The notes under the pieces were generated by a model, which ran no database searches, was not told where the DNA came from, and saw only the letters and a program-made list of their open reading frames with translations. From the NCBI RefSeq assembly GCF_958304185.2, contig NZ_CAXXCI010000002.1, positions 27,221-91,220 on the forward strand: a stretch of 64,000 bases of DNA, in the 5' to 3' direction. The stretch is from an uncultured Erythrobacter sp. (lineage in GTDB: Bacteria > Pseudomonadota > Alphaproteobacteria > Sphingomonadales > Sphingomonadaceae). Every line of letters begins with the position of its first letter. Position 1 is the stretch's first letter. The position numbers and the translations under genes were made by a program. Below are positions 28,892 through 40,263 of this stretch, piece by piece.

Positions 28892-29730
28892 GGGCGTTGC
28901 TCCGCCTCTGCCCGGATCGCGCGGAGGCGTTCGCGCGCCTTGGGGATGGTCGGCCCGCCGCAATAGATCAGCGAGGGGTTGAAGTCGGCGATCAGCATCC
29001 GTTTGTATCGCGCTTCCAGCAACGGATGGCGCTGACCCGGCGCATCGCCTGCGATCAGCAGCACGCTGGGCGGATCGCTCAGCACACGCTCAAGGCTCAC
29101 CCGGTCCGCCTGCCGCAATCCGCGCGCGGCGGCGTGGCTGGTGAAGCCCTCTTGCCGGAGCAATTCGGCGATGAGCGTCTGTTCACCTGCGACAATCTCG
29201 CCCTCTTGCCACAGCAGCGCATCAATCAGTGCGCCGGTTTGCGGCGTTGGAGCAGCGATGCGGGCGGCCAGCGCCTCGCCCCGTCCGGCACGGCCAGCGA
29301 GCGCGGCAACTTCGCGCACCTGCGCCACGCTTTCGGCGACGGTGACGGGGCTGCCGAAGGTCGCGACTGTGAGGCCAGCACGCTCCAGCGCCGAGCGGGT
29401 CGGCTGCGGCAGGAAGATCGAGGCGAGCACCAGATCGGGCTGGAGCGCGATCACCTCCTCCGCCGTCCCGCCCGTGACGCCGTAGCGCTGCGCAACGCCC
29501 GCCGGGATCGAACTCCCACCCGGATCGCGGCTGTAATGCGATAGGGCTAGAACCTGCTCCGGCCCCGCAATCTCGACCAAAATCGCATCGAGGCAGGGGT
29601 TGAGGCTGACGATTGTGGGCGCGTCCGATTGCGGCTGCGCCACGGGAGCATTGGGCGCGCAGGACGACAGCAGCAGCGCCGCCGCCAGCACCGCCACTCC
29701 CCCCCTCAAGCTGATGCGATCCCGCGCCAT
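28888..29730 (-). CDS. ABC transporter periplasmic substrate-binding lipoprotein (BtuF/FhuD-like)
   Basis: Lipobox LLLSSCAP. 280 aa. Operonic with the permease and ATPase genes. Confidence 0.8.
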   Translation of the reverse strand: MARDRISLRGGVAVLAAALLLSSCAPNAPVAQPQSDAPTIVSLNPCLDAILVEIAGPEQVLALSHYSRDPGGSSIPAGVAQRYGVTGGTAEEVIALQPDLVLASIFLPQPTRSALERAGLTVATFGSPVTVAESVAQVREVAALAGRAGRGEALAARIAAPTPQTGALIDALLWQEGEIVAGEQTLIAELLRQEGFTSHAAARGLRQADRVSLERVLSDPPSVLLIAGDAPGQRHPLLEARYKRMLIADFNPSLIYCGGPTIPKARERLRAIRAEAEQRP

Positions 29731-29867
29731 ATCCGGCCCCGGCGATAGGGCGGCGCGCTCGCTGGTGCAACGAGTTAAGGTGCTGTGCTCAGCTGTCCGG
29801 AAACGGGACGCAGGGGCCCGCCGCCCTCGCCGTTGCCGAGCCGCGCGCGTAAGGCCTCGGACAGATC

Positions 29868-31022
29868 ATGGCTTCCGTGCGCACCTCCTTCCCCTTCAAG
29901 GCCTCAGCCAGCCGCAGATGGACGCTGCCCGTCGCCGCCCTCCCCAGCAAAACTTGGCGCAAGCGCCTTGCGGTGCTGTTTGCCGCGATTGCCGTGCCCG
30001 CGATGGCCGCATCCGGCGGCGTCGGCACCCTGCCGGGCAATGCGATCGAAAGCACCGCCGCGCTCGCCACCCGTCAGGCAGCCGAGGCTGCCCTGCCGTT
30101 CGAGCGGCCGGGGATGAGCTTTCCGGGCTCGGCCTTCTTCTACATGGCCGACCCGGCGGGAACCGCGCTGGTCGCGCTGCCCACCGCCGACCCGCTCGCC
30201 TCGGGCGCGGAAAGCGGGCGCGCGCTGGGCGCGCTGATCGATGTCGGCGCGGCGGCGCGGCCGTTCTATTCGCCCGGCACCGGCATCACCCACGCCCGCG
30301 CAGCCGAATGCCTCGCGCAGGCGATCTGGTACGAAGCCGCCAGCGAGAGCGAGGCGGGCCAGCGCGCAGTGGCACAGGTGGTCCTCAACCGCGTCGCTCA
30401 CCCCTCGTGGCCCTCCAGCGTGTGCGGCGTGGTCTATCAGGGTTCCGAACGCTCGACCGGGTGCCAGTTCACCTTCACCTGCGACGGCAGCTTGGCGCGG
30501 CGGCCCTCGGGCGCCAGCTGGGCGAAAGCACAGCGGATCGCGTCCGAAGCGCTGGGCGGCAGCGTCTATGCGCCGGTTGGGCTGGCGACGCATTATCACA
30601 CGCTCTGGGTCAATCCCTACTGGGCGAGCACGCTCGACCATATCGGCAGCATCGGCGCGCACCGGTTTTACCGCAATCGCGGTGCTGGCGGTCAGGCTGC
30701 GGCATTCAGCACTGCCTATGCCGGTCTCGAGCCGATGGTGAGCGGGCGCACGAGCGCCGTCCCGATCTCTGCATCCGCGTCGGTCGCATCCGCCCAAAGC
30801 CGTCCGGTAATAGCCTATGAACTCGACCCCGTGCCTGTTCGCCAGCAGGCCGCACGCGGCGGCGCTGCCAAGGCTGATGCCGCACCCCTCCCCCCCTCTG
30901 CGCCGAGTGAAGCCTATTCCGGCACCGGCACCGTGAAGGCCGAATATGCCCGCGCAGGCCAGTGGAAAGCCCAGCCGGGCGCGGCGCCCTCTGCGGCCCC
31001 GGCACCGGCCGCCAAGGACTAA
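29868..31022 (+). CDS. cell wall hydrolase SleB-domain protein
   Basis: SleB core: CLAQAIWYEAASESEAGQRAVAQVVLNRV..VCGVVYQG..CQFTFTCDG. The C-terminus is Pro/Ala-rich. Confidence 0.75.
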   Translation: MASVRTSFPFKASASRRWTLPVAALPSKTWRKRLAVLFAAIAVPAMAASGGVGTLPGNAIESTAALATRQAAEAALPFERPGMSFPGSAFFYMADPAGTALVALPTADPLASGAESGRALGALIDVGAAARPFYSPGTGITHARAAECLAQAIWYEAASESEAGQRAVAQVVLNRVAHPSWPSSVCGVVYQGSERSTGCQFTFTCDGSLARRPSGASWAKAQRIASEALGGSVYAPVGLATHYHTLWVNPYWASTLDHIGSIGAHRFYRNRGAGGQAAAFSTAYAGLEPMVSGRTSAVPISASASVASAQSRPVIAYELDPVPVRQQAARGGAAKADAAPLPPSAPSEAYSGTGTVKAEYARAGQWKAQPGAAPSAAPAPAAKD

Positions 31023-31167
31023 GCGCAAGCCTTCGCGGTGGCCTGCAACAGGGTTAAGCTCTTCTAAACCCTGTTATCACACCAAGCCTTAGCGGCGGAT
31101 CGCTAGAGCGTCATTGCACGCCGCGCACTTGACGACGCGGCGACAATAACGGGAATTGTCGCGCCTC

Positions 31168-31509
31168 ATGTCTGTCCGCTTTGCTTCTACCAATCACCCG
31201 GTCCGCCGTCTCGGCTGGCGCGCTGCGGGGCGCGGGCTGCTGGCTCCGGCGCTGGCGCGGGCGGCCAATGACAACCGTCGGCTCGGTGCCGATGGTGTGG
31301 CAGAGTCCGCCCCGCTTGACCCGCTCCTAACCGAGGCGCTGCGGCATTTTGCCGTCCACGGCCTTGCCTCGGCTGAGGCTGCCGTGGATGCCGCTGCCGA
31401 TGCAGCCCAGCGCGGGGACGCCGATGCACAGGATCACTGGCTGGCGATCACCCGGATGTTCGACCGCCGCCTCGCCGCGCGCGCAGGTAGCGAGCTTATT
31501 GCCACCTGA
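31168..31509 (+). CDS. hypothetical protein
   Basis: ATG at 31168; the ORF opens at TTG 31156. Ala-rich. No family recognised. Confidence 0.3.
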   Translation: MSVRFASTNHPVRRLGWRAAGRGLLAPALARAANDNRRLGADGVAESAPLDPLLTEALRHFAVHGLASAEAAVDAAADAAQRGDADAQDHWLAITRMFDRRLAARAGSELIAT

Positions 31510-31751
31510 ACAGCGGACTGACCTTACGGCAACTGCGCTAAGGGGTTCTTCCGACAGGCTGACCTGCCCCATTAATGCAATTGCGAACTGTTTGCAAAGA
31601 TAGTTGCCGCATCTGACCGTTTGACGGTTGCAATCCCATTTTGAGCGGCCTACCGCCCGGTTTGTAACGGGTGCCATGCCGCTTGGGACGGGGGTTGGCG
31701 CCAGCATGGGCTTCGGCATTTTGTGCGCGTTTTTGTCGTCCCGATGATTAA

Positions 31752-32732
<981 letters not shown>

Positions 32733-32744
32733 TTTTTAACTCCG

Positions 32745-32803
32745 TCACCCCAGCGAAAGCTGGGGCCTAGGGACTCTAGGTGCCAGCTTTCGCTGGCATG
32801 ACG
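32745..32803. repeat. REP-like double hairpin in the mdh-sucD spacer
   Basis: ccccagc-gaaa-gctgggg (32748-32765), then cctaggg, then gccagc-tttc-gctggc (32782-32797). Shares agctggggcctaggg with the element at 37885. Confidence 0.75.
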
Positions 32804-32819
32804 AACAAGGAAGAATTCT

Positions 32820-33710
32820 ATGTCCATCCTCGTAAACAAAGACACCAAGGTCATCACCCAGGGCATGACCGGCAACACCGGCACCTTCCACACCCAGGCG
32901 GGCCTCGATTACGGCACGCAGATGGTTGGCGGCGTGACCCCCGGCAAGGGCGGCACCACCCATATCGGCCTGCCGCAGTTCAACACCGTACGGGAAGCCA
33001 AGGCTGCGACCGGCGCGACTGCCTCGTGCATCTACGTCCCGCCACCGTTCGCCGCTGACGCGATCTGCGAGGCGATCGATGCCGAGATCGAGCTCATCAT
33101 CTGCATCACCGAAGGCATTCCGGTGCTCGACATGGTCCGCGCCAAGCGCGCGCTGTCGGGCTCCAAGTCGAGGCTGATCGGCCCCAACTGCCCCGGCGTG
33201 CTGACCCCGAATGAATGCAAGATCGGCATCATGCCGGCCAACATCTTCAAGAAGGGCTCGGTCGGCATCGTCTCGCGTTCGGGCACGCTAACCTATGAAG
33301 CCGTGCACCAGACCACGATGGCGGGCCTCGGCCAGACCACCGCGGTCGGCATCGGCGGAGACCCGGTCAATGGCACCAACTTCATCGATATGCTCGACCT
33401 GTTCCTTGATGATCCGGAAACCGAGAGCATCATCATGATCGGCGAAATCGGCGGCTCGGCCGAAGAAGAAGCCGCCGCCTTCATCAAGGCCGAGCGCGCC
33501 AAGGGCCGCGCCAAGCCGATGGTCGGCTTCATCGCCGGTCTCACCGCTCCTCCGGGCCGCCGCATGGGCCATGCTGGCGCGATCGTTTCTGGCGGTCAGG
33601 GCGGCGCGGAAGACAAGATCGCGGCGATGGAAGACGCGGGCATCCGCGTCTCGCCCTCGCCTTCGCTGCTGGGGGAAACCCTCGCCGCGATGCTGAAAGA
33701 GCTGGCGTAA
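32820..33710 (+). CDS. sucD: succinate--CoA ligase subunit alpha
   Basis: [30 protein letters not shown] and the catalytic His region GHAGAI. Confidence 0.95.
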   Translation: MSILVNKDTKVITQGMTGNTGTFHTQAGLDYGTQMVGGVTPGKGGTTHIGLPQFNTVREAKAATGATASCIYVPPPFAADAICEAIDAEIELIICITEGIPVLDMVRAKRALSGSKSRLIGPNCPGVLTPNECKIGIMPANIFKKGSVGIVSRSGTLTYEAVHQTTMAGLGQTTAVGIGGDPVNGTNFIDMLDLFLDDPETESIIMIGEIGGSAEEEAAAFIKAERAKGRAKPMVGFIAGLTAPPGRRMGHAGAIVSGGQGGAEDKIAAMEDAGIRVSPSPSLLGETLAAMLKELA

Positions 33711-33776
33711 GCTTCGAATACCGGCCCCTCGCACCCGCGCGGGGGGCCATCCTTCCTCCTCCCCGGGAGTCCCATC

Positions 33777-36572
33777 ATGGGCAACGAACCGCAGAACTTC
33801 ATTCCCGCTTTCACCGATCAGGAAGGCCCGCAGCCCGGCCCTTCGTGGGCGAAGCGCGGCTGGCTCGACACGCTGGCCGATAGCGCGTCCGATCTGACCG
33901 CTGCGATGGACCCGACCGAGATGACACTCGCGGTCAAGGCTGCGGCGAAGGATGCGGGCAAGGCGATGGACCCCAAGGCGGTCGAGAAGGCCGCCGCCCT
34001 GTCCATTGCGGCAATGACGCTGGTGCGGCTTTATCGTGTGCGCGGGCACATGGCAGCGCAGCTCGATCCGCTCGGCCTGTCGGCGCGCGAAGGCCCGGCG
34101 GATCTGACGCTCGAATGGCACGGGTTGGCGGGCAAGGAGAATGAGGACGTCTATGTCGGCGGCGTGCTCGGCATGGAGTGGACTACGGTCGGCAAGCTCC
34201 ACCAGCGGCTGCGCGAGGTGTATTGCGGCAAGGTCGGCCTCGAATATATGCACATCGCCGACACCGAGGAACGCCGCTTCCTTCAGGAAAAGTTCGAAAA
34301 GCCGGGCGAGACGATCCAGTTCACCCCTGAAGGCAAGAAGGCGATCCTCGCCGCCACCTTGCGGGGCGAGCAGTTCGAGGAATTCCTCGCGCGCAAATAT
34401 GTCGGCACCAAGCGCTTCGGCCTTGATGGCGGCGAGTCCATGATCCCGGCGCTGGAAGCCGTGATCAAGCACGGCGGCAGCGCGGGCGTGCGCGAGATCA
34501 TCTACGGCATGGCTCACCGCGGACGCCTTAACGTCCTCGCCAACGTGATGGCCAAGCCTTACCGCGTGATCTTCCACGAATTCTCCGGCGGCTCGGCCAA
34601 CCCCGATGATGTCGGCGGATCAGGCGATGTGAAGTACCACCTCGGCACTTCGACCGACCGCGAGTTTGACGGGATCTCGGTGCACATGAGCCTTGTGCCC
34701 AACCCTTCGCACCTTGAAGCGGTGAACCCCGTGGTGCTCGGCAAGGTCCGCGCGCAGCAGGCGATCCGCGACGATCTGGCGAAGAAGGAGCAGGTTCTCC
34801 CCGTGCTGATCCACGGCGATGCGGCCTTTGCGGGTCAGGGCGTGGTGTGGGAGAGCCTCTCGCTGTCCGGCGTCCCAGGATACGATACGGGCGGCTGCAT
34901 CCACTTCATCATCAACAACCAGATCGGCTTCACGACCTCGCCCAAGTTTGCGCGCTCCTCGCCCTATCCGAGTGACGTGGCCAAGGGCGTCATGGCGCCG
35001 ATCCTGCACGTCAACGGCGATGATCCCGAAGCGGTGACCTTCGCCTGCAAGCTGGCGGTCGAATATCGCCAGACCTTCCACCGCGATGTCGTGATCGACA
35101 TGTGGTGCTATCGCCGCTTCGGCCACAATGAAGGCGACGAGCCCAAGTTCACCCAGCCGCTGATGTACGACAAGATCCGCGCGCACCCCAAGGTCAGCGT
35201 GGCCTATGAAACGCGGCTGGTCCGTGAAGGCGTGGTCGAACCGGGCACGCGTGACCGGATGGCGGGCGAATTCGTCGCGCTGCTCGAGGAAGAGTTTGAG
35301 GCCGGCAAGAACTACAAGGCCAACGAAGCCGATTGGTTCGGCGGGCGCTGGGCGGGCCTCAACAAGCCCGCAGATCCCGAAACCGCGCGCCGCTCGGTCG
35401 AAACGGCAATCGAGCCCAAGATGCTCGACTCGCTCGGCCGGGTGCTGACCGAAGTCCCGGCCGATCTGGATGTGCACAAGACGCTCGACCGGGTGCTCGC
35501 TGCCAAGCGTGAAATGTTCGCCGCCGGCGAAGGCTTCGACTGGGCGACGGCTGAGGCGCTCGCCTTCGGCAGCCTTGTCATGGAAGGCTACGGCGTGCGG
35601 CTGTCGGGGCAGGATTCCGGCCGCGGCACCTTCTCGCAACGTCACGCGGTGTGGGTCGATCAGAAGTCGGAACGCAAATACGTGCCGCTCAGCACCTTGC
35701 CGCACGGCAAGTTCGAAGTGCACGATTCCACCCTGTCGGAATATGGCGTGCTGGGGTTCGAATACGGCTTTGCGATGGCTGATCCGCGCTCCCTCGTGCT
35801 GTGGGAAGGCCAGTTCGGCGACTTCGCCAACGGCGCGCAGATCATGATCGACCAGTTCGTCGCCAGTGGTGAGAGCAAGTGGCTGCGCGCCAACGGCCTC
35901 GTGATGCTGTTGCCGCACGGCTATGAAGGGCAAGGGCCAGAACACTCCTCGGCCCGCCTCGAACGCTTCCTCCAGCTGTGTGCCGACGACAATATGTGCG
36001 TCTGCAACGTCACCAGCCCGGCGAACTACTTCCACCTGCTGCGCCGCCAGATGCTGCGGAGCTTCCGCAAACCACTGATCATCATGAGCCCCAAGTCGCT
36101 GCTGCGCCACCCGCTGGCCAAGAGCAGCCGCGCAGAGTTTCTGGGTGATCGCCAGTTCCGGCGGATCCTGTCGGACTCGGCCACGATTGCCGACGAGAAG
36201 GTGCGTCGTCTGGTGCTGTGTTCGGGCAAGGTCGCCTATGACCTGATGGAAGCCCGCGATGCAGCCGGGATCGACGATGTCTCGATCGTCCGCATCGAAC
36301 AGCTGTTCCCCTTCCCGGGCGATCCATTGGCGGTGCGGTTGCAGCGCATGACGAACCTTCAGGACGTGGTGTGGTGTCAGGAAGAACCGCGCAACAACGG
36401 CGCGTGGTTCTTCGTGAACGAGCGGATCGAGGATTCGCTCACCGCTGCCGGTCACACCGGCAAGCGCCCGATCTATGCCGGCCGCGACGCTGCCGCTTCG
36501 CCCGCGACGGGTCTCGCCAGCCGCCACAAGGCTCAGCAGGAAGCGCTGATCGCTGCCGCGCTGGGGCTGTAA
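33777..36572 (+). CDS. sucA: 2-oxoglutarate dehydrogenase E1 component
   Basis: 931 aa with [22 protein letters not shown] and [14 protein letters not shown]. Confidence 0.95.
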   Translation: MGNEPQNFIPAFTDQEGPQPGPSWAKRGWLDTLADSASDLTAAMDPTEMTLAVKAAAKDAGKAMDPKAVEKAAALSIAAMTLVRLYRVRGHMAAQLDPLGLSAREGPADLTLEWHGLAGKENEDVYVGGVLGMEWTTVGKLHQRLREVYCGKVGLEYMHIADTEERRFLQEKFEKPGETIQFTPEGKKAILAATLRGEQFEEFLARKYVGTKRFGLDGGESMIPALEAVIKHGGSAGVREIIYGMAHRGRLNVLANVMAKPYRVIFHEFSGGSANPDDVGGSGDVKYHLGTSTDREFDGISVHMSLVPNPSHLEAVNPVVLGKVRAQQAIRDDLAKKEQVLPVLIHGDAAFAGQGVVWESLSLSGVPGYDTGGCIHFIINNQIGFTTSPKFARSSPYPSDVAKGVMAPILHVNGDDPEAVTFACKLAVEYRQTFHRDVVIDMWCYRRFGHNEGDEPKFTQPLMYDKIRAHPKVSVAYETRLVREGVVEPGTRDRMAGEFVALLEEEFEAGKNYKANEADWFGGRWAGLNKPADPETARRSVETAIEPKMLDSLGRVLTEVPADLDVHKTLDRVLAAKREMFAAGEGFDWATAEALAFGSLVMEGYGVRLSGQDSGRGTFSQRHAVWVDQKSERKYVPLSTLPHGKFEVHDSTLSEYGVLGFEYGFAMADPRSLVLWEGQFGDFANGAQIMIDQFVASGESKWLRANGLVMLLPHGYEGQGPEHSSARLERFLQLCADDNMCVCNVTSPANYFHLLRRQMLRSFRKPLIIMSPKSLLRHPLAKSSRAEFLGDRQFRRILSDSATIADEKVRRLVLCSGKVAYDLMEARDAAGIDDVSIVRIEQLFPFPGDPLAVRLQRMTNLQDVVWCQEEPRNNGAWFFVNERIEDSLTAAGHTGKRPIYAGRDAAASPATGLASRHKAQQEALIAAALGL

Positions 36573-36624
36573 CGGCTCGCACCAGTTCACACGAAATCGA
36601 ATCAAGGTTCAGGAACCCACCCCA

Positions 36625-37866
36625 ATGGCCACCGAAATCAAAGTCCCCGCGCTCGGCGAATCCGTCACCGAAGGCACCATCGCCGAATGGCTCAAGCAGC
36701 CCGGCGAAGCGGTCGCCGCGGACGAGCCGATTTGCAGCCTCGAAACCGATAAGGTCGCGGTCGACGTGCCCTCGCCGGTCGCGGGCATCATGTCCGAACA
36801 CCGCGTGGCGGTGGGCGACACGGTGGAAGTCGGCGCGGTGATCGCGGTTATCGAAGCGGGCGCGACCGCCACCACCGCTGCGGCGGTGACGGCTGCCGCC
36901 GCGACGGCGCCCAAGGCTGACACTCCCGCTCCGGCGGTCAGCGAGGAAGTGCTAGGCGCGGCGCAGACCATGTCGCCCGCCGTGCGCCGCGCGGTGCTGG
37001 AACACGGCGTCGATCCCTCGACCATCAAGGGCAGCGGCAAGGATGGCCGCCTGACCAAGGAAGACGTGCTGGCCGCCGCTGAGGCCAAGGCCAAGGGCAC
37101 CCCGGCCCCCGCACCTGCGCCCACCTCGGCTCCGGCCGCTGCGGCGCCTGTGTCGACTGGCAGTGCCCGCGGCGAGGAGCGGGTCAAGATGACCCGGATG
37201 CGCCAGACCATCGCCAAGCGGTTGAAGAGCGCGCAGGACAATGCCGCGCTGCTCACCACCTTCAACGATGTCGACATGAGCGCCGTCATGGAAGCGCGCG
37301 ACAAGTACAAGGACCTGTTCGCCAAGAAACACGACATCCGCCTCGGCTTCATGGGCTTCTTCGCCAAGGCCGCCTGCCTTGCGCTGAAGGACGTGCCCGC
37401 CGCCAACGCCTATATCGATGGCGACGAAATCATCTACCACGATTACGTCGATATCTCGGTGGCGGTGTCGGCCCCCAATGGCCTCGTCGTCCCCGTGATC
37501 CGCGATGCCGACAAGAAGGGCTTTGCCCGGATCGAGCAGGACATCGCCGATTTCGGCGCACGCGCGAAGGCGGGTACGCTGACGATGGAAGACATGAGCG
37601 GCGGGACCTTCACCATCTCGAACGGGGGCGTGTTCGGCTCGCTGATGTCGACCCCGATCATCAACCCGCCGCAGAGCGCCGTGCTGGGGCTCCACCGCAT
37701 CGAGGACCGTCCGGTGGTCCGCAATGGCCAGATCGTGATCCGCCCGATGATGTATCTTGCGCTTTCGTATGACCACCGCCTGATCGACGGGCGCGAGGCT
37801 GTGACCGCGCTCAAGATCATCAAGGACGCGATTGAAGATCCCACGCGGATGCTGATTGATTTGTGA
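36625..37866 (+). CDS. sucB: dihydrolipoyllysine-residue succinyltransferase (E2o)
   Basis: Lipoyl domain (ETDKV), Ala/Pro linkers, PSBD, and the catalytic DHRLIDG. Confidence 0.95.
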   Translation: MATEIKVPALGESVTEGTIAEWLKQPGEAVAADEPICSLETDKVAVDVPSPVAGIMSEHRVAVGDTVEVGAVIAVIEAGATATTAAAVTAAAATAPKADTPAPAVSEEVLGAAQTMSPAVRRAVLEHGVDPSTIKGSGKDGRLTKEDVLAAAEAKAKGTPAPAPAPTSAPAAAAPVSTGSARGEERVKMTRMRQTIAKRLKSAQDNAALLTTFNDVDMSAVMEARDKYKDLFAKKHDIRLGFMGFFAKAACLALKDVPAANAYIDGDEIIYHDYVDISVAVSAPNGLVVPVIRDADKKGFARIEQDIADFGARAKAGTLTMEDMSGGTFTISNGGVFGSLMSTPIINPPQSAVLGLHRIEDRPVVRNGQIVIRPMMYLALSYDHRLIDGREAVTALKIIKDAIEDPTRMLIDL

Positions 37867-37884
37867 TTTCCTCCGCCCTGCATC

Positions 37885-37958
37885 ATCCCAGCGCAAGCTG
37901 GGGCCTAGGGCGGCACGCTTGACCCTTGCGGCCTGAGACCCCAGCTTTCGCTGGGGCG
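37885..37958. repeat. REP-like double hairpin in the sucB-lpdA spacer
   Basis: cccagc-gcaa-gctggg (37887-37902), then cctaggg, then ccccagc-tttc-gctgggg (37939-37956). Confidence 0.75.
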
Positions 37959-37970
37959 ACGGAGAAAATA

Positions 37971-39377
37971 ATGGCTGACCATTCCTACAATTACGACGTC
38001 CTCATCATCGGCTCTGGCCCCGGCGGCTATGTCACGGCGATCCGCGCCGCGCAGCTGGGACTGAAGACCGCCTGCGTCGAAAGCCGTGCCACGCTCGGCG
38101 GCACCTGTCTCAATGTCGGGTGCATCCCTTCCAAGGCATTGCTCCACGGATCGGAGCTGTTCGATGAGGCCGCGAACGGCCACTTCGCCACCTGGGGCAT
38201 CACCGCCACCCCGACGCTCGATCTCGGCAAGATGATGGCCGAGAAGACCAAGGCCGTAGGTGAGCTGACCGGTGGGATCGAGTTCCTGTTCAAGAAGAAC
38301 AAGGTCACCTGGCTCAAGGGCCACGCGGCATTTGAAGACGCGCACACCGTCAATGTCGCGGGAGAGAAGATCACCGCCAAGGACATCGTGATCGCCACCG
38401 GTTCGTCAGTCACTCCCCTCCCCGGCGTCACTGTCGACAATGCTGGCAAGCGCATCGTCGACAGCACCGGAGCGCTTGATCTGGATGAAGTGCCCGAACA
38501 CCTCGTGGTGATCGGCGGCGGCGTCATCGGCCTCGAGCTTGGCTCGGTCTGGCGTCGTCTTGGTGCCAAGGTCACTGTGGTCGAATTCCTCGACCAGTTG
38601 CTCCCCGGCATGGACGGCGACGTGCGCAAGGAAGCGCAGAAGGTGTTCAAGAAGCAGGGCATGGCCATGATGCTCAGCCACAAGGTCACAGGCGCGAGCG
38701 TGGATGGCAAGACTGTCACTCTCACCATAGAAAAGTCCGCTGGTGGTGACGCGCAGACGCTTGAAGCGAGCCACGTGCTGGTCGCGATCGGCCGCCGTCC
38801 GAACACCGATGGTCTGGCGCTCGACAAGGCGGGCCTTGCCACCAACGCCCGCGGCCAAATCGAGATCGACCATGATTTCCGCACCAGCGTGCCCAACATC
38901 TGGGGTATCGGCGACGTCGTCCCCGGCCCGATGCTCGCGCACAAGGCCGAGGATGAGGGCATCGCGGTCGCTGAGAATATCGCGGGCCTCACCGGCATCG
39001 TGAACCACGATGTGATCCCCAGCGTCGTTTACACCGCGCCCGAAATCGCAGGCGTGGGCATTACTGAGGAACAGGCCAAGGAGCGCGGGCTCAACGTCAA
39101 GGTCGGCAAGTTCCCGATGATGGCCAACAGCCGCGCCAAGGCCAACCGCGACACCGAAGGCTTCGTGAAGGTCATTGCGGACGCGGAAACCGACCGCGTG
39201 CTGGGCGTGTGGATCGTCGCCAGCCTCGCCGGATCGATGATCGCCGAGGCCTGCGTTGCGATGGAATTCGGGGCGACGTCCGAGGATATCGCCTACACCT
39301 GCCACGCCCACCCGACCCACGCCGAAGCGCTCAAGGAAGCGGCAATGGCGGTGACGGGCAAGCCGATCCATATGTGA
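37971..39377 (+). CDS. lpdA: dihydrolipoyl dehydrogenase (E3)
   Basis: ATG at 37971 (MADHSYNYDVLIIGSGPGGY). Redox-active GGTCLNVGCIPSK. C-terminal HAHPT. Confidence 0.95.
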   Translation: MADHSYNYDVLIIGSGPGGYVTAIRAAQLGLKTACVESRATLGGTCLNVGCIPSKALLHGSELFDEAANGHFATWGITATPTLDLGKMMAEKTKAVGELTGGIEFLFKKNKVTWLKGHAAFEDAHTVNVAGEKITAKDIVIATGSSVTPLPGVTVDNAGKRIVDSTGALDLDEVPEHLVVIGGGVIGLELGSVWRRLGAKVTVVEFLDQLLPGMDGDVRKEAQKVFKKQGMAMMLSHKVTGASVDGKTVTLTIEKSAGGDAQTLEASHVLVAIGRRPNTDGLALDKAGLATNARGQIEIDHDFRTSVPNIWGIGDVVPGPMLAHKAEDEGIAVAENIAGLTGIVNHDVIPSVVYTAPEIAGVGITEEQAKERGLNVKVGKFPMMANSRAKANRDTEGFVKVIADAETDRVLGVWIVASLAGSMIAEACVAMEFGATSEDIAYTCHAHPTHAEALKEAAMAVTGKPIHM

Positions 39378-39387
39378 TCCGGCAGAG

Positions 39388-40221
39388 GTGAGCGCCCGCG
39401 CCTTTGATCGCTGGCGGCTCACCCTGCCCTTGTTGCTCCCGTCATTGGGCGGGTTGGCATACCTCTACGCCTTTGAAGCACCCACTCGGCTGATCGCTGT
39501 CAATGTGGGCGCTTTGGCGTTGGCGGTGGTCTGGGTGCTGTTCGGGCGGCTGCCTGGGGGCATCACCAAGCACCTTGTCCTAGCGGGCCTTGCGGCACTC
39601 GCTCTGACGCTTCCTGTCCTGATTGGCCCCGAAGTCGGCGGTGTGTCGCGCTGGCTTCCGGCCGGGCCGGTGCAAATCCATTCAGGCGCGCTGCTGTTAC
39701 CGCTGATCACGGTTCAGGCCGCGCGCGAGCCGAAGGTTGGCACAATCCTGCTTGCGCTGGCGGGTGCGGCGCTATTGTTGCAACCTGACGCCGCATCGCT
39801 GCTCGCGCTCGGGCTGGCGAGCATCGCTCTCGCTGCCGTGTCGCGCAGTATTATCTATGCGGTTGTCGGCCTCGCCGCGCTTGGCTTTGCTGCCGCAACC
39901 TTCGGTGCGGGCACGCTCGAACCGCAGATGTTCACGGAAGGCGTGCTGGCGCAGGTCTGGCAAAGCGCACCGCTGCTGGCGCTCGCGCTGGGCGGGCTGC
40001 TGTTCATCGTTCCAGCGTGGCTGCTGATGCGCAACCCGGACATCCCCCGCGCCGAAGGCGCTGCGCTCGCCGCCTTGCTGTGCGGCCTCGGCATTGCCGC
40101 CGTGCTCGCCCCCTTCCCCTACCCGCTGATCGGCTACGGCGCGGCGCCCATCCTCGGCTTTGGGCTCGCCCTCGGCCTGCGCAAGGCTGGCCATAGCGCT
40201 CGCAATCTGCCAACATTCTGA
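39388..40221 (+). CDS. hypothetical polytopic membrane protein
   Basis: GTG start. 277 aa, Ala/Leu-rich, with about 8 TM helices. No family recognised. Confidence 0.5.
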   Translation: MSARAFDRWRLTLPLLLPSLGGLAYLYAFEAPTRLIAVNVGALALAVVWVLFGRLPGGITKHLVLAGLAALALTLPVLIGPEVGGVSRWLPAGPVQIHSGALLLPLITVQAAREPKVGTILLALAGAALLLQPDAASLLALGLASIALAAVSRSIIYAVVGLAALGFAAATFGAGTLEPQMFTEGVLAQVWQSAPLLALALGGLLFIVPAWLLMRNPDIPRAEGAALAALLCGLGIAAVLAPFPYPLIGYGAAPILGFGLALGLRKAGHSARNLPTF

Positions 40222-40263
40222 TCTGTTGAGACAACGCCCAAAAGCAGGCGAGAAGGGGCGTCA

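Noticed and set aside
28892-28963. Longer permease start (TTG at 28963)
   Set aside because: It would overlap the upstream substrate-binding gene by 76 nt and add an Arg/Pro-rich non-membrane N-terminus. The TTG at 28891, which forms a TTGA stop-start overlap, seems more likely. Neither start can be proven from sequence alone.
29731-29867. Cobalamin riboswitch or Fur box upstream of the btuF-like ABC operon
   Set aside because: The divergent intergenic region is only ~137 nt. I could not find B12-box or GGGAA..GGUG..CCCGC riboswitch elements, nor a GATAATGATAATCATTATC-like Fur box. The substrate of the importer is therefore left open.
31258-31275. AANDN coding string (gcggccaatgacaac) resembling the start of an alphaproteobacterial tmRNA tag
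   Set aside because: It continues as RRLGADG with no ..LAA or ..VAA stop ending, and there is no tRNA-like domain nearby. It lies inside a weak hypothetical ORF, so I treat it as coincidence.
34620-36605. 661-aa minus-strand ORF
   Set aside because: It is antisense to sucA, a shadow ORF.
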